A stretch of 64,000 nucleotides of DNA from an uncultured delta proteobacterium (GTDB lineage Bacteria > Desulfobacterota > Desulfobacteria > Desulfobacterales > JAHEIW01). This document shows, piece after piece, positions 42,443 through 53,963 of this stretch. Position 1 is the stretch's first letter. Every line of letters starts with the position of its first letter. The notes beneath the pieces are model-generated. The model was given only the letters and a program-made list of their open reading frames with translations. It did not search any database and was not told the origin of the DNA. The translations under genes were made by a program, and so were the position numbers. The stretch lies in the NCBI GenBank assembly GCA_963706575.1, contig CAVPNL010000006.1, positions 736,001-800,000 of the forward strand, written 5' to 3'.

Positions 42443-43945
42443 ATGCTGCAACCCTCATCCACTCAACCGATCACTGTCGTTTTGGTTGCTTTGTATAAGT
42501 ATCAAAACTTTTCTATCCGGACGATGCACACCGTGTTGGAAAATATTGAAGGTGTTCATCCGCATACCATTTTTTTTAAGAATCATTATACCAATGACAT
42601 CAGATATCCCACCGCGAAAGAGGAAGAGCTGTTTGCTGAAAAAATCAGGGAGATCAACCCGCACATTGTGGGTTTGAGTGTCCTCTCACCCTATGTTTCT
42701 ATTGCAAAACGGCTGAGCCAGATCATCAAAAACCACTCAGCGGCTTCTGTCATCTGGGGCGGCATCCATCCAACCTTATCGCCTGAAACCAGCATCGAAG
42801 AAGCAGACATGATATGCTTGGGTGAAGGCGAGGGCCCTCTGACAGATCTGGTGCAATTATTGAAAGACGGCAAAGACTATCAACATATTGAAAATCTATG
42901 GTCAAAGAATAACGGGCGCATCACAAAGAATCCGATGCGGCCTTTAAACCAGGAGTTGGATTCCATTCCGTTCCCGGCATACGTCAGAGATTCGTTCTAC
43001 TTCATCGGGTCCAATCAGATTATTCAAAATGATCCTACGATCCTGGAGCCTATTTTGGCAATCATGCCGGCGCGAGGGTGTCCGTTCAGGTGTAGCTATT
43101 GTGTGAATAGCTTACTGCGACCTATGTATAAAAATATGGGGCACTTCAATCGCCGACGGTCGGTTCCCAATGTGATCGCCGAATTGAAGGAAAGTTTGGC
43201 AATTCCAGGAAACCGGAAAGAAATTGTTGAGTTCCATGATGAAAATTTTGGGATAGATGAATCCTGGTTGAGTGAGTTTGAATCGCTCTACCCCAAAGAG
43301 ATCGGATTGCCCTTTAAGGTTCAGTATAACCCAACCCTGGTAAAATCGTCGACGATTGGCCGATTGGTAAATTGCGGCCTTCACCGGGCCAAATTCGGCA
43401 TCGAAGCCGGGACGGATCAGATCAGAAATCAGATATTCAAGCGGCCGGGCAAAAACAGCGAAATCATCAAACTCGCCCATGAAATCGCCAATTACGACAT
43501 TAAAATCCGTTATGATTTAATTTTGGATATTCCTTATGACACGGAAGACACCCTGAAAGAGACCATTGGTCTTCTGCTGGAATTACCAAAGCCATTGCAT
43601 TTTAATTTGTATTCTCTTCAATATTTTCCGTATTATCCTTTAACCCAAAAGGCATTAACGGACGGACACATTAAGGAAGAGGAGGCAAGCGTTGACACGC
43701 TGGCGCAGCGATTATTTCGAACCTGGGGGTTTGCACCCAAGTTGTTTCCGTTAACCAAAAGACAGATGCTGCAAAATATTATCTGGTTAATTGCTTTTGG
43801 ACACACCAGCGATGGGATTGTTAAAGATGCCGTCTTTGCGGACTCTCTGGTTGCTAAAATTAAGTTTGTCTATTTAAATTTGAAATCGGTGTTTTGGGGC
43901 AAAATACGCGAGATTAAAAGAGTGATGAACAAAAAGATAGCTTAA
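42443..43945 (+). CDS. Cobalamin-binding radical SAM enzyme (class B type)
   Basis: VIWGGIHPT and GEGE (B12-binding domain); RGCPFRCSYC (CxxxCxxC); DENF and GIEAG. Confidence 0.92.
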   Translation: MLQPSSTQPITVVLVALYKYQNFSIRTMHTVLENIEGVHPHTIFFKNHYTNDIRYPTAKEEELFAEKIREINPHIVGLSVLSPYVSIAKRLSQIIKNHSAASVIWGGIHPTLSPETSIEEADMICLGEGEGPLTDLVQLLKDGKDYQHIENLWSKNNGRITKNPMRPLNQELDSIPFPAYVRDSFYFIGSNQIIQNDPTILEPILAIMPARGCPFRCSYCVNSLLRPMYKNMGHFNRRRSVPNVIAELKESLAIPGNRKEIVEFHDENFGIDESWLSEFESLYPKEIGLPFKVQYNPTLVKSSTIGRLVNCGLHRAKFGIEAGTDQIRNQIFKRPGKNSEIIKLAHEIANYDIKIRYDLILDIPYDTEDTLKETIGLLLELPKPLHFNLYSLQYFPYYPLTQKALTDGHIKEEEASVDTLAQRLFRTWGFAPKLFPLTKRQMLQNIIWLIAFGHTSDGIVKDAVFADSLVAKIKFVYLNLKSVFWGKIREIKRVMNKKIA

Positions 43946-44118
43946 CTGGAACCCCTGATCTCAAGGACCCATCATCCTCCTTAACATTACCGCGGATCAA
44001 ATTGAGGCGAGAAGTAAAATCCCGGTGCTTGCCAATCAACGCATTATTCGGTATAAAAACAGAAGCGCTTTTTTCTATCCGCGCCTGCAAGTTGTGTCGG
44101 TGATAAGCATTTAGGGTA

Positions 44119-44230
44119 CTATACCGCTTTTCATCATAATGTTCCGAAATGCGGAATTGCGGTATAAACGGGTGTACGGTTGTAAAAAAAATGTTTAAAT
44201 ACCGCTTCGTTTTTTTTAACAATCACTACA
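44119..44230 (-). repeat. ~110 bp repeat, inverted copy of 42234-42344
   Basis: ctataccgcttttcatcataatgttc...aattgcgg...acggttgt...cgttttttttaacaa. Confidence 0.85.
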
Positions 44231-44279
44231 AAACCGACTCATGTCTGGTATGAACACTTCAAAGAAAAGAGAGGTTGCC

Positions 44280-44902
44280 ATGAAAACAAAGGTGATCATC
44301 GCTATGGCTGTGCTTCTTTTATTGGCCCCCGGTTTGACTCTGGCGGAAGCCCCCAGTCAGGTTGGCGGCTTTGTGCTCAACCAAAATATTAAAAAGTTTG
44401 AAGACCGGGTGATCATGGATACCGCTCTTCCGGTTCGCTATGCGGAAAATATTGAAGAAGTCGAAATCAAGTTTACCCAGGGCTTTAAAAGCGGATTGAT
44501 TTCCTATGGAACCTGCGCCAGATCGGGCAATATTTTCAGGATTAAGCTCAAATACGCGGATTCGAGCAAAAAGTTTTATAAAGATTTGCTCAAACGATTT
44601 AAAAAGCAATTTGGTGAACCCGCTGAGTACCGGGGAGATCCCTTTCAAATCGTGGATTGCCTGGAAATGGTCTTTTGTCGACCAGCAGAACCACCGTATC
44701 AGCCTCATCCTGCAGCACAACTCAAAGGATGAGGAGGAAAAAATGGGCAATTCGGTTAAAATTACCAGATACGACCCTGATTGAAGAAGATCTTTTGTGT
44801 TATAAAAACAGGAAACTCGACTATCGGGAAAGACTTCGACAGCGAGAATGGAAAGCCGTCAAGCCCGAAACGAGCGGCTGGGAGCTTTTCGTACCGCGCT
44901 AG
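44280..44902 (+). CDS. Exported hypothetical protein; two frameshifts
   Basis: GAGG RBS; signal peptide MKTKVIIAMAVLLLLAPGLTLA; the reading frame continues through pieces 44506..44784 and 44657..44902. Confidence 0.65.
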
Positions 44903-44909
44903 CGGATTA

Positions 44910-45797
44910 ATGATGTCGCGGAATCAATGGAAAGAAATCGCCTGGTACGGCGTTCGCTTCAAAATTCCGGCAGATTGGCAGCTGGGTCAGATTGGCACCC
45001 GCCACCTTTTAATCGAGGACCAATTCGGTCCGACAATGGAGATCAAATGGACCCCGGTTAAAGGCAAATTTTCCCATCAGGCCCATCTCAAACGATTGGC
45101 ATCTCTTCAAAAAAAGCAGGTTGGAAAATCGTTTAAAGCTGAACCGGTTTCTGCTGAATGGGAAACGGCTTTGAGCCATTTCGAAGCCAGTGAATTTTCC
45201 TGGAAATCGGATTCAACCCATGGTAGAGGCGTAATCTTGTTTTGCCCGACCTGCCACAATGCCAGTCTGATTCAATTTTTTCATAAATCCCCCCGCAAAA
45301 TCGACTTGGTCACATCGAATATTTTAAATTCGTTTCGTGATCACCGCAGCGACGACCAGATTCTGTGGTCTGCTTATGACATCCGGGCCCTGGTGCCCGA
45401 GACCTTTGAATTGAAGCACCACCGATTTGAAGCCGGCCGATATGAGCTTGATTTTGCGGACCGCGGCCAGCATATTATTTTGTATCGTTGGGCACCCGCT
45501 TCCGTTTTGCTGAGCAAGCAGGACCTGGTGCAGTTTACCAGATCCGTTGCCAATTTCAGTAAAACAGAACCGGTTGCCGGAAAAATGAATGGATGTGATA
45601 CGGTGGAATGGAGTGTTTCCCCGGCAAGCGACTGGGGGCGGTGGATGAGCCGTTTCTTAGGAAAAGCCTCATATTATTGGCTGGGAATCTGGCATCTGGA
45701 AGGCAAGAACCGTATCCTGGGAGTCCGTGCTGAAGGCAAAAAACCCCTCGACACCGAATTGCTGGACCGTATTTGTAACCATTATGAGAGTATTTAA
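44910..45797 (+). CDS. Trp-rich hypothetical protein with an apparent internal duplication, coupled to the PqqD-like gene
   Basis: IAWYGVRFKIPADWQL and LWSAYDIRALVPETFEL resemble each other; overlaps the start of the next gene. Confidence 0.65.
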   Translation: MMSRNQWKEIAWYGVRFKIPADWQLGQIGTRHLLIEDQFGPTMEIKWTPVKGKFSHQAHLKRLASLQKKQVGKSFKAEPVSAEWETALSHFEASEFSWKSDSTHGRGVILFCPTCHNASLIQFFHKSPRKIDLVTSNILNSFRDHRSDDQILWSAYDIRALVPETFELKHHRFEAGRYELDFADRGQHIILYRWAPASVLLSKQDLVQFTRSVANFSKTEPVAGKMNGCDTVEWSVSPASDWGRWMSRFLGKASYYWLGIWHLEGKNRILGVRAEGKKPLDTELLDRICNHYESI

Positions 45798-46167
45798 GAA
45801 AAAGCCGAAGGGCCCGTCAGTCAGCCGGGCGGAAGCATTGGACCGCATTCCGGTTAAAAACCGCCAAATTTCCGAAAACCAATTGGAAACCGGAGAGATC
45901 GTTATTAGCTATCCGGTAACTGTGCGGCCCTTTTTTGCAGGCCTGGCTAAGCGTTTCGGCGGCCAGGAAGCCCAGACACAGATGAAAAAGCTTGAGCTTG
46001 ACGAGTTGGGGACTTCGGTGTGGAATCTGATGGATGGAAACCGTTCTGTGCGACAACTGGTTAAAATGTTTGCCGAAACGCATCAGCTGGAAACCAGGGA
46101 GGCTGAGGTGTCGGTAACTCAATTTATACGGGAGCTTGGCAAGCGCGGCTTGATCGCAATGAGGTAA
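45784..46167 (+). CDS. PqqD-family / RRE-like winged-helix protein
   Basis: LELDELGTSVWNLMDGNRSVRQLV...SVTQFIRELGKRGLI. Confidence 0.8.
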   Translation: MRVFKKKPKGPSVSRAEALDRIPVKNRQISENQLETGEIVISYPVTVRPFFAGLAKRFGGQEAQTQMKKLELDELGTSVWNLMDGNRSVRQLVKMFAETHQLETREAEVSVTQFIRELGKRGLIAMR

Positions 46168-46222
46168 ATCTACCCGGCTTGCGTATCGGGCCGCAGGATG
46201 TTAACAGACAGGAGGTAGGATC

Positions 46223-46555
46223 TTAAAACGCCTGTAAGGCGTCATCCTTGGTGCCGACGATCGGCAGGAAAGAATCAAATCCGGCGATTTCAAAAACTTC
46301 CTTTACATAATCCTGCATATCGCACAACATCATCTTGCCTTCTTCGCGTTTGAGCGCTTTGGTTGCTTTGAGAATAACCCGCAAACCGGCGCTTGAAATA
46401 TAATCAAGATCTTTAAAATCAATAATCATACTTTTAGAACCGTCGTCGATTGCTTGAAAAATTTTCTTCTCGAACCCCTGGGATGTGTTGGAATCGAGGC
46501 GGCCGTTGAGTTTAAAAATGTTGATTCCGCTCTTGATTTCTTCAATGATTTCCAT
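46223..46555 (-). CDS. STAS-domain anti-anti-sigma factor (RsbV/SpoIIAA-like)
   Basis: GRLD, LDYISSAGLRV and VFEIAGF. Confidence 0.92.
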   Translation of the reverse strand: MEIIEEIKSGINIFKLNGRLDSNTSQGFEKKIFQAIDDGSKSMIIDFKDLDYISSAGLRVILKATKALKREEGKMMLCDMQDYVKEVFEIAGFDSFLPIVGTKDDALQAF

Positions 46556-46614
46556 TTACTCTCCTCCCTGCTAACTAATCCTAAAATGAGTGTTTCAAAT
46601 TTTGAAAAATGGGG

Positions 46615-47067
46615 TCAGCCTTTCGCCCGCTCTTTAGCAGGTTCAGCTTCCTTGATATTTTTTTTAAGCGTTAAAATATTTTTTTTCTTGCACCGCTGAT
46701 AACAAACTTCATCCATCAGGTTTTTGGCCAGATGGATCCCCAGGCCGCCAATTTTGCATTCTTCAATGGTACATTCCAGATCCGGTGTGTCAACTTCAGT
46801 GGGATTGAAAGGCAGGCCGTCATCTTCAATATGGAAAATCAGTTTGTTATTCTTATGTGAAATCGTAATTTCAATGGTGTGTTCTTTATTATCTTTGAAT
46901 CCGTAAGAAATGATGTTCGTAAACAGCTCGTCAAGGGCCAGGTTGGCTTCAAATATGCATTTTTTGGACAGTCCGAGGGATTGCCCGAACCGTTCCAGGT
47001 GCTGGCACAGGGTATCTAGCTCGGATAACTTACTTTTGAGTTTAAATGAAACTTTGTTTTTTGCCAT
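46615..47067 (-). CDS. RsbW-like anti-sigma factor / serine kinase (HATPase)
   Basis: LDELFTNIISYG, EDDGLPFNP and GGLGIHL. Confidence 0.9.
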   Translation of the reverse strand: MAKNKVSFKLKSKLSELDTLCQHLERFGQSLGLSKKCIFEANLALDELFTNIISYGFKDNKEHTIEITISHKNNKLIFHIEDDGLPFNPTEVDTPDLECTIEECKIGGLGIHLAKNLMDEVCYQRCKKKNILTLKKNIKEAEPAKERAKG

Positions 47068-47155
47068 GACGGTATAACCTATGGGTCCTCCTTGCGGAGC
47101 GTCCCTCATTGTAGCGCAAAAGAACCGATCTTGAAAACAATTTTTTTCTTGCGGG

Positions 47156-47680
47156 TCAAATCAGGCTGACACCGAGGTTTGCCATACATTCTCCGCACAT
47201 GTCGGCACGGTCGGCTAAAAAACGCTCCTCCCAGGAATCGATATTTTTGGCCACCGCTTTGAAGATCAGGGGCATGATGTTTGGAAACTGTTCGATGGCT
47301 TTTGTGAATCTTTCCCGCTCCAGTATCAGGCAGACCGTGTCCTCCACCGCCCTCAGAGAAAAAAGGCGGCGCACCTCGCCCAGTAGCGTCAGGCCGCCGA
47401 TAAACTCACCGATATGGCAGTCTCTAATTTCTTTGGTGCTTTCGTTATCCTCGCGCTCCAGTGTGGCTTTTCCATTGATGATGTAAAACGCCCGTCCATC
47501 TTCTTCATGCTGCTTAAAGATATACTCATCCTTTTTAAATTTTTCTCTGGTGCAAAGATAAGCAAAAACTTTCAGCGTTTCAAGGGGCAGCCCGGAGAAA
47601 AAGTAGGTTTGCCTCAAGATCTCCAGGTTCTCTTCCAATTCGCTGGACGGGTTGGCATCATTTCTTTCCGACGAGTTCAT
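47156..47680 (-). CDS. Stand-alone cyclic-nucleotide-binding protein
   Basis: FFSGL, YIFKQHE, FYIINGK and GEFIGGLTLL...RLFSLRA. Confidence 0.85.
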   Translation of the reverse strand: MNSSERNDANPSSELEENLEILRQTYFFSGLPLETLKVFAYLCTREKFKKDEYIFKQHEEDGRAFYIINGKATLEREDNESTKEIRDCHIGEFIGGLTLLGEVRRLFSLRAVEDTVCLILERERFTKAIEQFPNIMPLIFKAVAKNIDSWEERFLADRADMCGECMANLGVSLI

Positions 47681-50168
47681 ATAACATTCCTTTCCGGGCT
47701 ATCAGTTCGTCATAAGTACCGATTTCAACGATTTTACCGGCTTTCATTACGGCCACGCGATCATAATTTTTGATGGTATCCAGGCGGTGCGCAACGGATA
47801 TGACGGTGCTTTTATCCTTCCAGCGCGTTTCGAGCAGGTTCTGTATGCGCGTCTGGGAATGGTTGTCCAGGGCCGATGTGGCCTCATCCATAATCAAAAG
47901 TCTGGGATGCTTCAAAAATATCCGCGCTATGGCCAGTTTTTGCTGCTGGCCGCCGGATAACCTGTCCCCTTTGGTGCCCACCTCGTAATGCATGCCGATT
48001 TCGATGATGGTCTCCAGCAGATCCTCTTCTATCAGCAACTGAATGATGCTCTGGTTGATCTTCTCCTGGGCCTGGGGGTTGACGGTTGTGGTTTTGCCGA
48101 AAAAGATATTGTTTAAGATGGTCTGAGAATAAATGTATTCCGATACATCGTAGAATGTAATCGCCTCCGGGGAATCAGTTGAGATCTTTTGGCGGAACAT
48201 GGCGCGGCCCTCTAGAATTAAATTTTCCAATATGGCCGGCAGGGCTACCATTTTGTGGATTCCCGGCACAAACCGCATGGCCAGTTGAAGCAGTTTTTCA
48301 TGATTTTCAGCTGAAAGCTCATGCAACTTCTTGCGCTTCAAGCGTTCCACTAATATTTTAAATTCGTCCAGTTCCTCCGGGCTGATGGGACTCTGTTCGA
48401 AAAATACGGCATCCGGCGGGAGATTGCCGATGATATCTACCGTTTGCCGGGCCAATTCAGAACCCAGGCTAAGCAGGGGGCGGGTGAGGTCCGCCTGTTT
48501 TAAAAAGTCAAGAAAATATTGATTATTACATAGATTGGCATCCATAAAATCATTTTTGTTGGGGGCGCCGAAAATCAAATTTTCGGCGACACTGGAGTAA
48601 AATAAATACTGATTTTCATCGAAAAATTCAACGTAATCGGACAGATCTTCTCCAAAATCCCGCTGAAAATTTTCGCGAATCTTTATAATAATGTTGACCA
48701 GTTCTTTGTGTTGGTCATGGACCAGTATGGTGTTCAGGCCAAATCGCAACACATCCACAAATATACCGGTCTGATGAAGCACTGCTATAACATCGTCGAG
48801 GGAAGGCTGCCCATCGGTTCCCTGATCGGTTCCATCGGATCTGGCCCGACAGGCGTAAAGCAGGTTTTCTTCAATGGTGCCTTCAAAGATAAACGGACGC
48901 TGGGCGACAAAGCCCATATTGCGGACCATGTCTTTTTTGGTCAGGTCGGAAACTTCCTTATCTCCGATTAAAACGTGCCCGCCGGTATACTTATAGAGCT
49001 GCCCGATACACAAAGCCAGGGTGCTTTTGCCGCTGCCGGAAAACCCGACGAGTGCGAGAAGCTCTCCCGGATTGAGGGATAGGCTGATGCCATCCAACAA
49101 ACGGATGCCGCTGTCGGTGACAAAAGACAGGTCCTTTACATCGAGGCTGGGCTCCAGATCGTAGGGTGCGCGGTCTTAAGGCTCGATGACATGATCCGGT
49201 TCCAAATCAAAAAATTCCATCGTACGTCTATAGGTCACCGAACCGTCCTGGTAAACCTGATAAAATTCGATCAGTTCTTTCCAGGGGTCATAAAGTTTTT
49301 CCTGGGCCGATAAAAAGGCCACCAGCGCACCCAGTTCCAGCTGGCCCTTTATGGTCAGATAACCGCCGAGGATGAAAACGATAAAGGGCCCCAGGCTGAC
49401 AAAAAGGCCGTTGGATGTTTTGACGGCGAAGCGGTACAGACTCCATACAACCCTGATTTTCTCTAACCGGTTTACCAGGCGGTCGTATTTTTTATTTTCG
49501 ATCCGGTAGGCGCCGTTACCGTGGATCTCGTGAATACCGGTAATGGACTCGGCGATACGGCTGGATAATATTCGAGCACCATCGACGCGCTTTTTGTTGG
49601 CACGGTTCACTCCTTTTTGAAGCATCGGCACCAGGAAAGCGACAAAGGGGTAAATGCTAAGGGACACTGCTGCCAGCAGGGGATTTAACCAGAACAGATA
49701 GACGGCAAAAGCCAGCAGTGTCAGCACATTGGTTACCGGAGCAGAAACCGCCATGCCGATGAAATTCCCCGGCATGGACAGCTCGCTGACGAGGGAGTTG
49801 ACCACCGAACCGGGTTGCGTATTTCTGAAAAAGCCCAGCGGCAGGGTCAGAATATGATGATAAAGTTCTTTGCGCATTTTACCTGTGGCGCGCTGGGCAA
49901 GAATGGTTTGAATGATGTTGGTCAGGTATTTGAGTATGCTGAAAAAAACAACAGAGGCCAGATAAATACCGCAGTATCGTAACAGTAAGTCTATATTTCT
50001 TAAATTGATGGCCTCATTGACAATGCGCTTTTGCATTTCCAGCGGCACCACTCTGGCAAAAACCATTATGGCAATGACCAATAAGAGCGAAAGCTGCAGT
50101 TTAGCATTGCCGGCAAATACCCAGGAAAAAAGCGATCGTTTGACCACGGGTATATCAGCTTTTTTCAT
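47658..50168 (-). CDS. ABC exporter (TMD-NBD fusion) with a large insertion in the NBD; frameshift near 49176
   Basis: Membrane domain 49176..50168; GFSGSGKST, LSGGQQQK, IMDEATSALD and VAHRL in 47658..49100. Confidence 0.9.
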
Positions 50169-50447
50169 ATCAAAGCTCCTTTAAACCAGGTTTAAGGATA
50201 GTATTCGTACAATAATATTGAATTTTTCGCGGATTGGAACGCTGCAAATTATTACTATTAAACCCGGCCCTTTGACAAGCAGAAATTCTTGAAAGGCGCC
50301 TCACGGGTTCTAACGGCTTAAATTTTGTGTGTTTACAGCTTCTGATTTGTTTTGACAAAATAGACCGCAACGGACTATATAAATAAGTTTAATTCGATAA
50401 TAGAGCGATATAAATCTTATGCGGGGAGGATTGGGACTTAAAAGCCA

Positions 50448-50633
50448 ATGGAATTTTTTTTATGTGTGATCGGAATGGTAATGATTGTTGAGGGGCTGCC
50501 GTATTTTGCTTTTCCCAATAAGATGAAAACCTGGGTGGGAAAAATTATCGTATCTCCGGATAGCTCTTTAAGAAGATTTGGACTGGTGCTGATGGTGCTG
50601 GGTTTGTCCTTGGTTTATCTTGGACGGATGTAA
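50448..50633 (+). CDS. DUF2065 (YjeT-like) small membrane protein
   Basis: IGMVMIVEGLPYFAFP...LRRFGL. Confidence 0.85.
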   Translation: MEFFLCVIGMVMIVEGLPYFAFPNKMKTWVGKIIVSPDSSLRRFGLVLMVLGLSLVYLGRM

Positions 50634-50675
50634 GGCGGTACATTTGATTTTAGATCTTTTAGCAGAAATCAAATC

Positions 50676-50768
50676 GTTTCATTGGTTTAATTGGTTCGAT
50701 TGGTTTGATTGGTTGAAGGCTATTTCGAAACCAATTGAACCAATTAAACAAATCCAACCAATCAAACA
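50676..50768. repeat. Inverted 9-mer tandem array (ATTGGTTTA / TAAACCAAT type)
   Basis: cattggtttaattggttcgattggtttgattggtt ... aaccaattgaaccaattaaacaaatccaaccaatcaaac. Confidence 0.85.
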
Positions 50769-50774
50769 AAAAAT

Positions 50775-51839
50775 ATGTTCTCTTTATCCGATTATAATTA
50801 CGAGCTTCCAGAGGAGCTGATCGCTCAGAAACCGGTTGACCGCAGGGATCAATCCAACCTTCTGATAATGGACCGCCAGGCCGGAGAACTGTCTCATCAT
50901 CGGTTCGATATGCTGGATGATTTCCTGAGGCCGGGAGACGTTCTGGTTATCAACAACACAGCCGTCATTCCGGGGCGGCTGGTGGGCAGAAAAGACAGCG
51001 GTGGTAAAGTCGAAGTTCTGATATGTAATTTTAGCGGCAACGGAAATCTAAAAACCCTACACACCCACCGGGTTTTCGAATGTCTGGTTAAAACGGCCAA
51101 ACCGTTAAAGCCGGGGCGAACACTTTATTTCGATGAAGGACTGGGTGCCGAAGTGATCGAGCGCCGCAATGGGACTTACATCATCCGGTTTTATGCCGAG
51201 GGGGATTTTGAAGCCTTACTTGACCGCATCGGGCAAGTACCCCTTCCGCCTTATATCCGGCGCAGCCCCAAGCTTGATCCGCCGTGCGATGATCGGGCCG
51301 CTTACCAGACCGTTTATGCAACCGAAAAAGGTGCCGTTGCCGCGCCCACCGCCGGGTTGCACTTTACTCCCGAACTTCTTGAAAAACTGAAAGCCAGAGG
51401 AATTGCAATCGTTTCGCTGACATTGCATGTAGGCTATGGAACGTTTTTGCCGGTGCGGGCGAAAGATATTCGCTCTCATCACATGCATGCGGAATCATAT
51501 TCGATTCCCGTACAAGCAGCGGATCAGGTTAATTCAGCCCGCAACGCCGGCCACCGAGTCGTAGCGGTCGGAACCACCTGTGTGCGCACCCTGGAATATG
51601 TTTGCGATTCCGCTGGATATGTGAGGGCCGAAAACGGCTGCTGTGACCTGTTTATCTATCCGGGATATCGGTTTAAGGCTATTGATGCCATGATTACCAA
51701 TTTTCATCTTCCCGAATCCACGCTGCTAATGCTGGTTTCAGCTTTTGCCGGACGTGAAAAAATCATGCACGCCTATCAAGAAGCCATTAAACGAAAGTAC
51801 CGGTTCTACAGCTACGGAGATGCGATGCTCATTCTGTAA
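50775..51839 (+). CDS. queA: S-adenosylmethionine:tRNA ribosyltransferase-isomerase
   Basis: LPEELIAQ, PLPPYI, YQTVYA, AVAAPTAGLHF, TNFHLP and YRFYSYGDAM. Confidence 0.97.
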   Translation: MFSLSDYNYELPEELIAQKPVDRRDQSNLLIMDRQAGELSHHRFDMLDDFLRPGDVLVINNTAVIPGRLVGRKDSGGKVEVLICNFSGNGNLKTLHTHRVFECLVKTAKPLKPGRTLYFDEGLGAEVIERRNGTYIIRFYAEGDFEALLDRIGQVPLPPYIRRSPKLDPPCDDRAAYQTVYATEKGAVAAPTAGLHFTPELLEKLKARGIAIVSLTLHVGYGTFLPVRAKDIRSHHMHAESYSIPVQAADQVNSARNAGHRVVAVGTTCVRTLEYVCDSAGYVRAENGCCDLFIYPGYRFKAIDAMITNFHLPESTLLMLVSAFAGREKIMHAYQEAIKRKYRFYSYGDAMLIL

Positions 51840-51843
51840 GGTT

Positions 51844-51924
51844 GGTTGTCCGTTGTCAGTGGTCCCTGGCCACCAAAACCGCCGTGTCAGAAAGCAAGCA
51901 ACTACGGACCACGGACGACTGACT
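51844..51924. repeat. Inverted heptamer array (GTTGTCC / GGACAAC type)
   Basis: ggttgtccgttgtcagtggtccctggc ... gcaactacggaccacggacgactgac. Confidence 0.65.
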
Positions 51925-51954
51925 GATGATGACCGCTACAAAAAGTTTAACTGA

Positions 51955-53088
<1,134 letters not shown>

Positions 53089-53186
53089 TTTTATTTTGTA
53101 CTAATTTCTGCAAAGAAATTGCTTTGTATCGGAATGGGTGTGATACAAAATAAGAAATATAAAATCTACAAAAAGGAGATTTTATC

Positions 53187-53408
53187 ATGAGACAAAAAGT
53201 TGAGGAAGCCATCAATAAAATCAGGCCCATGCTACAGGCCGATGGCGGGGATGTGGAACTTGTCGACGTTCAGGACGGTGTTGTTACCGTCCGATTACAG
53301 GGGGCCTGCGCGGGCTGTCCCATGTCGCAAATGACGCTGAAAAACGGGATTGAGAAAATACTGAAAAAGGAAATTCCGGAAGTCGTTTCGGTCGAATCGG
53401 CACCCTAA
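53187..53408 (+). CDS. NifU-like (Nfu domain) Fe-S carrier
   Basis: IRPMLQADGGDVELV...GACAGCP. Confidence 0.92.
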   Translation: MRQKVEEAINKIRPMLQADGGDVELVDVQDGVVTVRLQGACAGCPMSQMTLKNGIEKILKKEIPEVVSVESAP

Positions 53409-53532
53409 AAAACGCATGGGGCATAGAGTAAAGCGCAAAGGAGCGTTAGAAAATTTTGCAGCTTACCGCTGTTCGCCACTGCTAAAGAAAAAGTTGATAT
53501 TGTAACCTATCCTGCATGTTAAGGAGATTTAG

Positions 53533-53937
53533 ATGAAGATTCTAAAAATTGATCACCTGGGAATTGCCGTAAAAAGCATTGACGAGGGGAAAAACTTTTG
53601 GACGGATGCGCTGGGCCTTGAGTTCGAAGGATCTGAAACCGTGGCCGAACAAAAAGTGACCACTGCCTTTTTTCCGGTGGGTGAAAGTGAAGTCGAGCTT
53701 TTGGAATCCACCGCGCCTGATGGGCCGATTGCCAAATACCTTGAGAAAAAAGGTGAGGGCATTCAACACGTTGCGTTTCGGGTGGCGAACATCGAAGCGG
53801 CTTTAAGTGAATTGAAAGAAAAAGGCATCCGCCTAATTGACGAACAGCCGCGCATCGGTGCCGGTGGCGCCAAAATTGCCTTTCTGCATCCTAAAGCCAC
53901 CAATGGGGTGCTTGTTGAGCTTTGTCAAAGAGATTAG
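53533..53937 (+). CDS. mce: Methylmalonyl-CoA epimerase
   Basis: IDHLGIAV, ELLE, GEGIQHVAF and FLHPKATNGVLVEL. Confidence 0.95.
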   Translation: MKILKIDHLGIAVKSIDEGKNFWTDALGLEFEGSETVAEQKVTTAFFPVGESEVELLESTAPDGPIAKYLEKKGEGIQHVAFRVANIEAALSELKEKGIRLIDEQPRIGAGGAKIAFLHPKATNGVLVELCQRD

Positions 53938-53963
53938 CCCGGCTGCCGGTTGTAACTATCATT

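Noticed and set aside
42443..46167. Classical RiPP cluster (radical SAM + PqqD)
   Set aside because: No credible precursor peptide was found, the enzyme lacks a SPASM domain, and it appears to be a separately bounded cassette. It remains only a possibility.
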